In this document: positions 1 through 15,292 of the stretch, piece after piece | How positions within the stretch are numbered: the first letter of the stretch is position 1 | Layout: each line of letters begins with the position of its first letter | Assembly: GCF_009914755.1 (NCBI RefSeq) | Contig: NC_060929.1 | Origin: the human T2T-CHM13v2.0 reference genome, Homo sapiens | Strand: one strand, 5' to 3' | DNA: 64,000 nt | Program-made: the position numbers and the translations under genes | Notes under the pieces: model-generated | Seen by the model: only the letters and a program-made list of their open reading frames with translations | What the model was told of the DNA's origin: nothing | Database searches by the model: none

Positions 1-19
1 TTACAGATTTAGTAGGTAC

Positions 20-119
20 AATTAGATCTTAGATCCATTTTGAGTTATTTTTTGTGTATGATGGAAGGAAGGGGTCCAACTTCATTCTTTTGCATATGGC
101 TATCCAGGTGTCCCAGCAC
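20..119 (-). mobile_element. Old L1M ORF2 fragment
   Basis: GATCCATTTTGAGTTATTTTT...GGGGTCCAACTTCATTCTTTTGCATATGGCTATCCAG...CCCAGCAC resembles antisense L1 ORF2 3' region (compare 3843-3930). Confidence 0.75.
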
Positions 120-2029
120 TTCCCTTTAATCTTGTGCAAGTCCCTTCCACTGGCAAGTCTGGAACTAAAATTAGGCTGAAAAGGGAAATTGGAAAATCTA
201 GTTTCCAGACGTCTAGCCCCTGTGATATAAGAGAGAGTTTACAAGGGTGGGGACCAACCCGCAGTATTTAGCACCTAACTACCATAAGCATTAGGCTTCT
301 GTGGGGGTTGCTGTCTCTTGGGTGTCTAGACAGAAAGCAGGCCACATGCCTCCTTTTGTTCAAAGATCCTAAACCTATCAAGGATCAATTTATCACCCTC
401 AAATCTTGGGATGGATGCAGAATGTGGGATCCCAGCTCACTCTATTTTATTTCTCTCATCTCTGTTCTTCCTTCTCCCTAGTCCAGAGAATTCTAAAATT
501 GAGTCTAAGAAAAACTCTGTCCTATATCTTTCCAGATATTTCTGCCTTCTACACTTTTGTTCTCTATCTCTATCTCTTTCTTCTCTTAGATTGGATCCTT
601 AAGTAAAACTGCCTGAAAAGGAGGGCTTTGGTAGAGATGAGGAAAATTTTGTTATTAATTAATACTTTGAAGTTTTATCCTGCCATACACTGGTAGAAAT
701 AGAGATGAGAGGGTGTGGAGTGGGGCAAATTATTATAGTACTTGCTGAAAGTAACAATAGTAGCCATGTTAAGATAAAAAAGTAACAACAAAAAAGTCCT
801 ACTTCTCTAAGAAATACATGCATATGAGCATATGAGGTGTTGTCTACCTTTAAAGGTATATTGCCTTGCTTTTCTTAATTTCAAAACAATTTGAAACATA
901 CTATGGTAAGCTTTTAAAAGAAGGAAAGAAAATCTTAAAGGTACAAGATTATTTTAGACTGAATATTAGACAATAGAAAGCAGCCCTTTGCCTGACAGAT
1001 TGGGAAGATGGGTTCATGAATGTGATGCAGTGTGTCAGAGACAGGAATAAGATTTGGTGAAGGAAGAGGGATTCTCAGGGGGGGGGGTAAAATTATAGAT
1101 AAGAAGCTAAAATTAATAGATAAGCAGGACATTCATGCCTTTGCTATAGATTTCCAGTTATGACTAAGCAGGTATTAGAGGGTAATTTGGCAATGGTTTT
1201 ACAATTGTATTTTATAATGAACCATAGCATACTAATATAGACTAAACTGTTTAAACATCTTGGGAGACTTTAATTTATTTAGCTTAAGAGCTTAGTTGAA
1301 GGGAAAAAAATAGTGGAAAGTAAGCTGTAGGATTGCTTTTCCTGAATTCTAAATTTAGCTTAAGCATATTTCTAATCTTCTATGCCAGGAATATTTTCTT
1401 GAAAATGCATTTGAATTGATTAATCTGATCATCTTTATTAATATGGGATTTGAACAGACATAAACATGCTTACTGTATTTTACTGTGTTGGTTTTTAGGC
1501 TAAGTAATCCTGTAAATGATTAGTTAATTATATTCTGTTCGATTACCAAGGTACTTAACTTAAATCCAGTATGATCATAAAAGGTAAGTAAATCTTCAGT
1601 GACAATGATGGAGATTCCACACATGGTTACATTTGAGAAGGCAAAAGGAACTACATCATGTGACCAGAGCCTGCACAATGTAATTCCCATTACATTATGA
1701 CAGTAATTTAAAAGAAATAGACTGTGGGAAGAGCAACACAAATTCACAGCCACTGTTTTGGGTCTGATGACCCAAAGACAAATAATATTCCTCACCAAAC
1801 TGATTCTCTTATGAAAGTAGGAGGGAAACTTTCCATTACCAGTTGTATAAATTGCCCCTATCCCTTTTCAATTTAGGCCCAGATGACCTCACCTTACATA
1901 TGGGTATAAATAAGGTACTTTTTAATGAACTACAGAAAAGGAAAACACTATGTGAAAACTCAAGGATGTGGTATCAATATAACTCTCAAATTCAAAAAGG
2001 AAACTAGCATATTCAGAGCATCTCTAACA

Positions 2030-2150
2030 TACCATCTCATTTAATCCTCATAACAGGCCTAGGAAGAGGGAATTATTATCTCTAGAGGTGGAAACTGTAT
2101 CAGAGATATATTAGAATCTAGTTTGTCTGATCCCAAATTCTATGTACTTT
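2030..2150 (-). mobile_element. MIR fragment
   Basis: CTCATTTAATCCTCATAAC...ATTATTATC...GGAAACTG is the antisense MIR core. Confidence 0.6.
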
Positions 2151-2171
2151 TGATTGTTACATTTTGATAGC

Positions 2172-2480
2172 ACTGTTTTAGGTGTGAAAGACAGAAACCA
2201 ATTCAAATTAGCTGAAGAAAAGTGAGGGATTTATTGGCTCATAAAACTGAAAAGTATAGTGATAATCTTACTCAGTGAACAAGCTCAGCTGCAGGCAAGG
2301 TTGGATCTAGAAGTCAAAATGGAACTCCTTCTCTCTGTGTCTTCGTTCTGCTTTTCTCTATGTTGCACTCTCCATCAGGCAGGTTCTCAGGAGCTCTATT
2401 TTCAATCCCATGGAAAAGAGATCCTCTTTCCAAGTTTGAAAAAAATTTCAGGATTGAATCTCATTGTCCTGGCTCGGTCT
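2172..2480. mobile_element. Ancient MaLR LTR (MLT1J/K-like)
   Basis: ACAGAAACCAATTCAAATTAGCTGAAG...GGGATTTATTGGCTCATAAAACTGAAAAGT resembles an MLT1J/K terminus. Confidence 0.5.
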
Positions 2481-2904
2481 AAGTAATCCTAAATACATGA
2501 TAAAAACAATTTGAAAGAAAAATAAAGAAAAAGGGTAGCTGCTTCAGAAAATGTGAATTTTAACTCTTTTTTAAAATTTCCAACTTTTTTTTTCATTTCT
2601 GGGATACATGTGCAGGACGTGCAGGTTTGTTACATAGGTAAACGTGTGCCATGGTGGTTTGCTGCACAGATCATCCCATTACCCAGGTATTTTTTTTTTT
2701 ATTATACTTTAAGTTCTAGGGTACATGTGCACAACGTGCAGGTTTGTTACATATGTATACATGTGCCATGTTGGTGTGCTGCACCTATTAACTTGTCATT
2801 TACATTAGGTATATTTCCTAATGCTTTCCCTCCTCCCTTCCCCCTCACCACAACAGGCCCCAGTGTGTGATGTTCCCCTTCTTGTGTCCAAGTGTTCTCA
2901 TTGT

Positions 2905-6390
<3,486 letters not shown>

Positions 6391-6900
6391 TCAAGGAGGC
6401 CTGCCTGCCTCTGTAGACCCCACCTCTGGGGGTAGGGCATAGCCGAACAAAAGGCAGCAGAAACCCCTGCAGACTTAAATGTCCCTGTCTGACAGCTTTG
6501 AAGAGAGTAGTGGTTCTCCTAGCACGGAGTTTGAGATCTGAGAACGGACAGACTGCCTCCTCAGGTGGGTCCCTGACCTCTGAGTAGCCTAACTGGGAGG
6601 CACCCCCAAGTGGGGGCAGACTGACACTTCACTCAGCCAGGTACCCCTTTGAGACGAAGCTTCCAGAGGAACGATCAGGCAGCAACATTTGCTGTTCAGC
6701 AATATTCGCTGTTCTGCAGCCTCCGCTGCTGATACCCAGGCAAACAGGGTCTGGAGTGGCCCTCCAGCACACTCCAACAGACCTGCAGCTGAGGGTCCTG
6801 ACTGTTAGAAGGAAAACTAACAAACAGAAAGGACATCCACACCAAAACCCCATCTGTTGGTCACCATCATCAAAGACCAAAGGTAGACAAAACCACAAAG

Positions 6901-7911
6901 ATGGGGAAAAAACAGAGCAGAAATGCTGAAAATTCTAAAAATCAGAGCACCTCTCCCCCTCCAAAGGAACGCAGCTCCTCGCCAGCAATGGAACAAAGCT
7001 GGATGGAGAATGATTTTGACGAGTTGAAAGAAGAAGGCTTCAGACGATCAAACTACTCCGAGCTAAAGGAGCAAGTTCAAACCCAATGCAAAGAAGTTAA
7101 AAACCTCGAAAAAATGTTAGAATGAATGGCTAACTAGAATAACCAGTGTAGAGAAGTCCTTAAATGACCTGATTGAGCTGAAAACCATGGCACAAGAACT
7201 ACGTGACAAATGCACAAGCTTCAGTAGCCGATTTCATCAACTGGAAGAAAGGGTATCAGTGATGGAAGATCAAATGAATGAAATGAAGCAAGAAGAGAAG
7301 TTTAGAGAAAAAAGAGTAAAAAGAAATGAACAAAGCCTCCAAGAAATATAGGACTATGTGAAAAGACCAAATCTATGTCTGATTGATGTACCTGAAAGTG
7401 ATGGAGAGAATGGAACCAAGTTGGAAAACACTCTTCAGGATATTATCCAGGAGAAATTCCCCGATCTAGCAAGGCAGGCCAACATTCAAATTCAGGAAAT
7501 ACAGAAAACGCCACACTCCTCGAGAAGAGCAACTCCAAGATACATAATTGTCAGATTCACCAAAGTTGAAATGAGGGAAAAAATGTTAAGGGCAGCCAGA
7601 GAGAAAGGTCGGGTACACACAAAAGGAAACCCATCAGACTAACAGTGGATCTCTCAGCAGAAACTCTACAAGCCAGAAGAGAGTGGGGGCCAATAGTCAA
7701 CATTCTTAAAGAAAAGAATTTTCAACACAGAATTTCATATCCAGCCAAACTAAGCTTCATAAGTGAAGGAGAAATAAAATCCTTTACAGACAAGCAAATG
7801 CTGAGAAATTTTGTCACCACCAGGCCTGCCCTAAAAGAGCTGCTGAAGGAAGCACTAAACATGGAAAGGAACAACCAGTACCAGCCACTGCAAAAACATG
7901 CCAAATTGTAA
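6901..7911 (+). pseudogene. Disrupted L1 ORF1
   Basis: MGKKQSRNAENSKNQS... to ...NQYQPLQKHAKL in three broken ORFs (6901-7125, 7358-7642, 7645-7911). Confidence 0.95.
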
Positions 7912-7974
7912 AGACCATCGATGCTGGGAAGAAACTGCATCAACTAATGAGCAAAATAACCAGCTAACATCATA

Positions 7975-8445
7975 ATGACAGGATCAAATTCACACATAAC
8001 AATATTAACCTTAAATGTAAATGGGCTAAATGCTCCAATTAAAAGACCCAGACTGGCAAATTGGATAAAGAGTCAAGACCCATCAGTGTGCTGTATTCAG
8101 GAGACCCATCTCATGTGCAGAGACACACATAGGCTCAAAATAAAGGGATGGAGGAAGATCTACCAAGCAAACGGAAAACAAAAAAAGGCAGGGGTTGCAA
8201 TCCTAGTCTCTGATAAAACAGACTTTAAACCAACAAAGATCAAAAGAGACAAAGAAGACCATTACATAGTGGTAAAGGGATCAATTCAACAAGAAGAGCT
8301 AACTATCTTAAATATATATGCACCCAATACAGGAGCACCCAGATTTGTAAAGCAAGTCCTTAGAGACTTACAAAGAGACTTAGACTCCCACACAATAATA
8401 ATGGGAGACTTTAACACCCCACTGTCAACATTACCCAGGTATTAA
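7975..8445 (+). pseudogene. L1 ORF2 N-terminal endonuclease fragment, cut at the inversion breakpoint
   Basis: MTGSNSHITILTLNVNGLN...IIMGDFNTPLSTL, then runs into the TSD and stops. Confidence 0.95.
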
Positions 8446-9292
8446 GCCCAGCATCCATTAGCTGTTCTTCCTGATCCTCTTCCTCCTCCCACCCCCTGCC
8501 CTCTGATAGGACCCAGTTTGTTTGTTCCCCTGCCATGTGCCCATGTGTTTTCATAATTTAGCTCCCACTTATAAGTGAGAACATGCGGTATTTGGTTATA
8601 TTTTCCTGCATTAGTTTGCTAAGGATAATGGCCTCCAGCTCCATCCAAGTCCCTGCAAAGGACATGATCGCATTTCTTTTCATGGCTGTATAGTATTCCA
8701 TGGTGTATGTGTGCCACATATTTTCTTTATCCCGTCTATCATTGATGGTTAATTCCATGTCTTTCCTTTTGTGAATAGTGCTGCCATAAACATATATGTG
8801 CACGTGTCTTTATAGTAGATGATTTATATTCCTTTGGGTATATACCCAGTAATGGGATGGCTGGATCAAATGGTATTTCTGCCTGTAGGTCTTTGAGGAA
8901 TTACCACACTATCTTCCACAATGGTTGAACTAATTTACACTCCTACCAAGAGTGTAAAAGTGTTCCTTTCTCTCCATAACCTCACCAGCACTTGTTTCTT
9001 GACTTTTTAGTAATAACCATTCTGACTGGTGTGAGATGGTATCTCATTGTGGTTTTGATTTGCATTTCTCTAATGATCAGTGATGTTGAGCTTTTTTAAA
9101 TATGTTTGTTGGCCACATGTATGTCTTCTTTTCAGAAGTGGCTGTTCATGTCCTTTGCCTACTTTTTAGTGGGGTTTTTTTTTTCTTATAAATTTGTTTA
9201 AGTTCCTTATAGATGCTGGATTTTAGACCTTTGTCAGGTGCATAGATTGCAAACATTTTCTCCCATTCTGTAGGTTGTTTGTTTACTCTGTT

Positions 9293-9658
9293 TGATATGG
9301 TTTGGCTGTGTCCTCACCAAAATCTCATCTTGAATTGTAGTTCCCATAATCCCCATGTGTCATGGGAGGGACCCAGTGGGTGGTCATGGGGGTGGCCACC
9401 CCCCATGCTGTTCTCCTGATAGTGAGTGAGTTCTTACAAGATCTGATGGTTATATAAGGGGCTTTTCCCCCTTTGCTTGGCATTTCTCCTTCCTGCTGCC
9501 ATGTGGAAAAGATGTGTTTGCTTCCACTTCTGCCATGATTGTAAGTTTCCTGAGGCCTCCCCAGCCCTGTGGAACTACGAATCAATTAAATCTCTTTCCT
9601 TTATTAATTATCCAGTCTCAGGTATTTCTTTATGGCAGCTTGAGAATGGATTAATACA
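9293..9658 (+). mobile_element. THE1 (THE1C-like) MaLR solo LTR inside the host L1
   Basis: TGATATGGTTTGGCTGTGTCC...TAATACA termini; 5-bp TSD CTGTT (9288-9292) / CTATT (9659-9663). Confidence 0.92.
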
Positions 9659-10664
9659 CTATTTCGAGTTTCTTTTCCTGTGCAGAAGCTCTTAAGTTTA
9701 ATTAGATCCCATTGGTCAATTTTTGCTTTTGTTGCTATTGCTTTTGGGGTCTTTGTCATGAAATCTTTGCCTGTGCCTGTGTCCTGAATGGTATTGCCTA
9801 GATTTTCTTCTAGAGTTTTTATAGTTTTGGGTTTGACATTAAAGTCTCAAGATGGATATCTTGACTTGATTTTTGTATATGGTGTAAAGAAGGAGTCCAG
9901 TTTCAATTTTCTGCATATGGCTAGCCAGTTCTTATGGCACCATTTATTAAATAGGGAATCCTTTCTCCATTGCTTATTTTGTCAGGTTAGTTGAAGATCA
10001 GATGGTTGTAGGTGTGCCATCTTATTTTTGGGTTCTCTATTTTGTTCCATTGATCTATGTGTCTGTTCTTGTACCAGTACCAGTACCATGCTGTTTTGGT
10101 TACTGTAGCCTGGTAGTATAGTTAGTATAGTTTGCCTCCAGCTTTGTTCATTTTGCTTGCAATTTCCTTGGCTACTCAGGCTCTTTTTGGGTTCTATATG
10201 AATTTTAAAATAGTTTTTTTCCAATTCTGTGAAGAATGTCAATGGTAGTTTAATGGAAATAGAATTGAATCTGTAGATTGCTTTGGACTGTATGGCCATT
10301 TTCACGATATTGATTCTTCCTATCCATGAGCATGGGATGTTTTTCCATTTGTTTCTGTCCTCTCTGATTTCCTTGAGCTGTGGTTTGTAGTTCTCCGTGA
10401 TGAGGTCCTTCATTTCCCTTGTTAGCTGTATTCCTTGGTATTTTATTCTTTTTGTGGCAATTGTGAATGGAAGTTCATTCATGATTTGGCTCTCAGCTTG
10501 CCTGTTGTTGGTGTATAGGAATGCTAGCGATTTTTGCACACTGATTTTGTATACTGAGACTTTGCTGAAGTTGCTTATCAGCTTAAGAAGCTTTTAGGTT
10601 GAGATGATAGGGTTTTCTAGATATAGGAGCATGTCATCTGCAAACGGAGATAGTTTGACTTCCT

Positions 10665-10996
10665 CTCTTCTTATTCGAATACGCTTTATTTCTTTCTCTT
10701 GCCTGATTGCCCTGGCCAGATCTTCCAATGCTATGGCCAGAACTTCCAAAATAGGGGTGGTGAGAGAGGGCAATCTCTAGATCCCCTTCCTAGGGGTATG
10801 TACAGACCTCCCTCCTTGCCTGAGTTGCAGCCACATTTGTTGGGGATCCTGGGGCTGGAGTATGTAAAGCTCCCAGGTCTTTGTGCATGCCGGAGCAGCT
10901 GCTCTGCCAAGACTCCACACAGCAGTGTGTGTTGGACCCAAAACCCTGATGGCATGGGCTCACAAGGGGATCTCCTAATCTGAAGGTTGTAAAGAT
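10665..10996 (-). other. Candidate downstream or terminal exon of the divergent transcript, in the host L1 5'UTR
   Basis: Minus acceptor CACACTTCTCCCACAG|ATC at 10996; stop at 10790-10792; AATAAA at 10685-10690; alternative donor GAG|GTCTGT at 10808; 3' end estimated. Confidence 0.4.
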
Positions 10997-11629
10997 CTGT
11001 GGGAGAAGTGTGGTTTCCCAGGGTGGTGCATTCACTCACTGCTTCCCTTGGCCAGGGGTGGGGGTTCCCTTGGCTCAATGTTGCTCTTGGGTGGGCTATT
11101 GCCCCACGCTGCTGCATGTCGAAAAAAAAACTCGACATGGGTCGAGTTGTTTCCCCTCATCAGTCCCAATGTGAGTACCTGGATATTTCAGTTGAAGGTG
11201 CTGTATTCACTCCCTGCTTTCATTCTGCTCTGTGAGTGCCATGCACTGCAGCTGCTTCTAATTGGCCATCTTGGATCCCTTGAATTCTAACTCTTAAGCC
11301 TTATGTATATATGTTAAAGATACAGACTGCAGAATAACTGCACTACTTATGAGATATTTTCATGTGGATAATGAAACCAGATAACCATAGCAATTGGTGC
11401 TGATCATGAAGATTCCTGAAGTAAACAGATGGCCTTTACTTCTCTGCTTTTGAAAAGGTCTTAATTACATGATAAGGTCATACACACAGCTTCATTTGAA
11501 TCTATATAGTAGTATATTTGATAGCATGCTTTTCGTAAACTATATTTGGAAGGCCAAAGAACTAACATTTATCAAATACCTACTTATGTACAGGCAGCAT
11601 ATAGGTACTTTAAATGATTCAGCAGGCAT

Positions 11630-11811
11630 TAGCCGCATGTAATATTTAAGTTTAGAATTTAAATTAATTAAAATTAAATTAAATGAAATTAAAACTCATT
11701 TCTTTGTTCACACCAGCTATACTTCAAGTGATGAATGACCATGTGACCTTAATGAACAGCATAGATATAGAGCATTTCCATCATTGTAGAAAATTCCACT
11801 GGACAGCTCTG
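11630..11811. mobile_element. MER3/MER33-like hAT-Charlie fragment
   Basis: AAATTAATTAAAATTAAA...CATTTCCATCATTGTAGAAAATTCCACTGGACAGCTCTG terminus. Confidence 0.7.
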
Positions 11812-11864
11812 GATGTCTATCTCAATTCTTTTTTCAGAATGAAATCTAGCAATCTTAAATCATG

Positions 11865-12385
11865 GTAAATAACACCATGAAAAAACAATCAGCCCAGAAT
11901 GTGGTGTTTTCTACAAAGAAACCCAAACAGATCTGAGATCTTATAAAAGTCAGTATCATGGGGAAAAAAAGGTAGGGGCAGAAGATATTGTTCTAGATTT
12001 AAAAAGACTTACTTAAAAGAGCTAACAACCAAATGTAATGATTGATCCTGATCTGAACGGAAATAATTTTGTGAAAAATTTTTGTTTCAATGAAGAAACC
12101 TGAAAATGGACTAATAGATATTAGATAATACAATAGAGTTATTTTCAATTTTGCTAGGTGTGATAAAGGTATCATGGTTTTGTAAGAGTATATTTCAATT
12201 TTTTGGAGATCTATGCTGAAGCATTTAGAAGTAAAGTATTTTCATATTTTAAATTTACTTTAGAATGATATAATAAAAATAGATGGTAAACCAACTATGC
12301 CGTAATTGTGAAATGTAGGTGGTGGAAACTATTATATTATTTTAAATTTTGATATATTTTAAAACTTCTAAAATCAAAAGATTTT
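11865..12385 (+). mobile_element. Ancient L1 3' end (L1MC/L1ME-like)
   Basis: TGTTCTAGATTTAAAAAGACTTA...ACAACCAAATGTAATG...GGTGTGATAAAGGTATCATGG...ATGCTGAAGCATTTAG. Confidence 0.65.
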
Positions 12386-14814
12386 AAAAATCTATTTTTT
12401 TTAATGGATTTTGCCTTTGGTGTCACACTTAGAAAATGTTTTCTCAAGCAAGGGTTTTAAAAGTAATTACTGAGATTGTCTTCAAGTATTCTTATGGGTC
12501 ATTTACTTTAATACTTAAATCTTTTATCTCTCTGAAATTTGTTTTGATGTGATGTATGAGATAAAGATGACTTTTATGTTCAGGTAGTTAGATGGTAGTG
12601 AATATTTTGTTTGATTCTCTAAATTTATTTACCATTTTTTTCTAGAAAAGCCCTTGCTTTTTCTTTAGGGATCCATATCCCTCTCATTTTTCTGGTCATG
12701 TGTTTTGTGTAATAACAGTAATAGAAAATTATAAGCCTCATATTCTTTAATTTACCCTTGGCTAAGAAATAACTGAAGGAAAAACCATAGTGCTTGTTGG
12801 TAGTTTAATAGGAAATTGAAAGAATGAAAGTCTGTTGAGGCACCAGCAGACAAGCCCTGGGCTAGCCATCATTATATTGTGTTAAATAGATAGGAAAAAG
12901 CTTAGACAGTACTAACATATCTGTTACCATAAAACGAAAGTTAAAGTATATGTTTATTGCCTGTCTTATATCAAAAAGGAAAGTTTCTATGCCTGTTTTA
13001 TAAGAAGGGATCAGACAATAATATGAAAAGCATTCCAAGTGTTTCAAGTAGAGGATTTACTACAGTGCATCAGGTGCTTAAATAATCAAGGGCTGAAGGA
13101 GAGTGAGTCAGGGGCCTGCCACTAACTTTTAGGTGCAGCACCACAGAAAGTTAGAGTCTCTATCTATCAGAGTCGGGAGCTTGCAGGAAGCTCCTGCTTA
13201 TCTCATGGGACTTTGTAGCCCCAAGATGGGTGGAATGGCAAGGGACATAGAAACTACTACAGAAACTCACATTTAGGAGGCCCATGCTATGCCTTCTACT
13301 GCTGCCAGAGAAAGAAGAGAAATAATTTCTGCCTTACTGCTGCCTTTCGAATTCGAAGATCATGTGAATTTATCTTTAAGATGGAGACTAAAAATACCTC
13401 CAGAACTCTGCTGGCTAGGATGTCACAGAAATACACTTCTCAGGCTTCTGGCCTCTGCACTGTAAGGAAGGATGGAAAAGTTTATAAGGTGGGCTGAGTG
13501 TCAATAGACAAATCCAACAGAAGGGGTGAAGGACTTTCCTACATATTTGAATGTTTATTTAAAAATTCAAGGGATTGTTGACACCGAGAGTAGACTGTTT
13601 TTGTTATAGGAAAAGATATTTGTGAGACTATTTGGTGAAGAAAGCAATTTGAAATTGTGAATCATATTTGTCATAGAGGATTGGTTTCACTCACCAATTG
13701 GTTAGAATTCACTTCCTATGACATCATCTAATCTAGCAGAGCTTCCCCAACTGATGGGTCAGCCAGCCCAAAGGGTAGTAGGGGTGGCTGAGCAGGGCTG
13801 GGTAACCAGGAAAGTCTTGCTAGGGGCTCCAATTCCCTTGTTTACCATATTATAACCATATAAACATAACTATCTTTTTCTTAGTGTAGTCAAAGCACTG
13901 CACTTAGTGAAACAACCTTCTGTTGTTTTCATGTCAGTGACATTCCAGAGTGTGAAGACTCCGAGGTAAATTAATGTACAAGAAATGTAAGGAAAGGCTC
14001 TGCCAGAGCACTTGCTCTTCACCTGTGTAAACACATCATGACCATTTAAGGCTGTAAACCGTAGGATATAGTATTAATATCCCAGAGGGTAGTTGGGTAA
14101 ATAACAAGGCAGGCTAATATGAATTCCCTGGGTTTAAAGAAAAATTAAAGCCTTGATTAATTAATTCATTATGTGCAGCTTCTCCTCCCTTCCTTTACTT
14201 TTATAGCAGGAGTGAGATAATTATTATAATCTGAGAGATAAGCCTGCTTCAACTGAGAGCTGTGTTTGGGCAACTCTGTGGTTTGGGCAAATGGATTAAG
14301 TGACTTAATAAATTCATATTCAGAAGACTGTGATGTTAAAAAGAATTTCCTACTTAGGAAAGATAATTTCCAAGTGGAAAACAAAAATCCTCTACTGAGT
14401 TATAAAACTTTTGTTTAAAATATATTCATTATATTTGAGAATTGCTATGCATGAGGACATCTCTTCATGCTTGAGATACATCAGTACACAAAATAGGCAA
14501 AGATTAAGAAGTTTTTATTTTAGTGGGAGAAAGACATAGCAAACAATAAACATAATGAATAAGTAAATTATATAGGATAGTAGAAGGTGAAAAGTGGTAT
14601 TAAAAAAGAAAAGGTAGAGCATGGTAAAGGGGATCAGGTGTGTTGGGGAAGGGGTGATGGGCTACAATACTGAATAAGAAGGCTCATTGAGAAGATGAAA
14701 TTTGAGTAAGATGTGTAGGAGATCAGGGAGCAAGCCACACATTCCAGGCAGAGGGAACTGCAAGGGCTCTAAGGTAGAAGTCAGTCTGGTGTATTTGAAT
14801 AAAAGCAAGGGGAC

Positions 14815-14878
14815 CAAAGTATCTGAAGTATAGAGCAAGAGGAGAGCAAAGTATCTGAAGTATAGAGCAAGAGGAGAG
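14815..14878 (+). repeat. Perfect 32-bp tandem duplication
   Basis: CAAAGTATCTGAAGTATAGAGCAAGAGGAGAG at 14815-14846 and 14847-14878. Confidence 0.95.
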
Positions 14879-14904
14879 CAGAAGATAAAACCAAGAAGCA
14901 CTGA

Positions 14905-15292
14905 GAGTAGTGGATACCATGTGCGCTTCAGGACCAAGGCACTCATTTCCCCAGGTGCAAGAGTTTTTGGATGTAGATGGCTCCTAGCTCAGTTCCTCAT
15001 CTGGAATTGCCTTCAACAGAAAAGAACTTCATTTGCAAGGTTATGCTCTCTCCTGGGAGCAGACCACATCCAAAGACTGTCATTGAGGGAGTATAGGAGT
15101 TGGGTGCTCTTGCCTCAATTCAGGCCAGCTCTGTGGGCCTATTGTAACTGTATCACAGTCCACTGGTCCTTCTGCCGAATTCTGCTTTCCTCACTTCCTT
15201 ACAAGTGTTACTCCTGAGAGCAAACCCAAGAAACCTCCTGCTTACAAATCTCCATCTCAGAGTCCATTTTCTGGAGAACAAGACTTGAAACA
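14905..15292 (+). mobile_element. ERVL LTR (LTR16A-like)
   Basis: Ends AAACCTCCTGCTTACAAATCTCCATCTCAGAGTC...TTGAAACA as in the LTR16 family. Confidence 0.65.

Noticed and set aside
10770-10800. Host L1 internal deletion as a spliced L1 (SpIRE)
   Set aside because: The junction carries filler sequence and does not look like a clean donor-acceptor join
13030-13520. Possible old LTR segment (a similar one at ~150-270)
   Set aside because: Similarity too weak to assign a family or boundaries by eye
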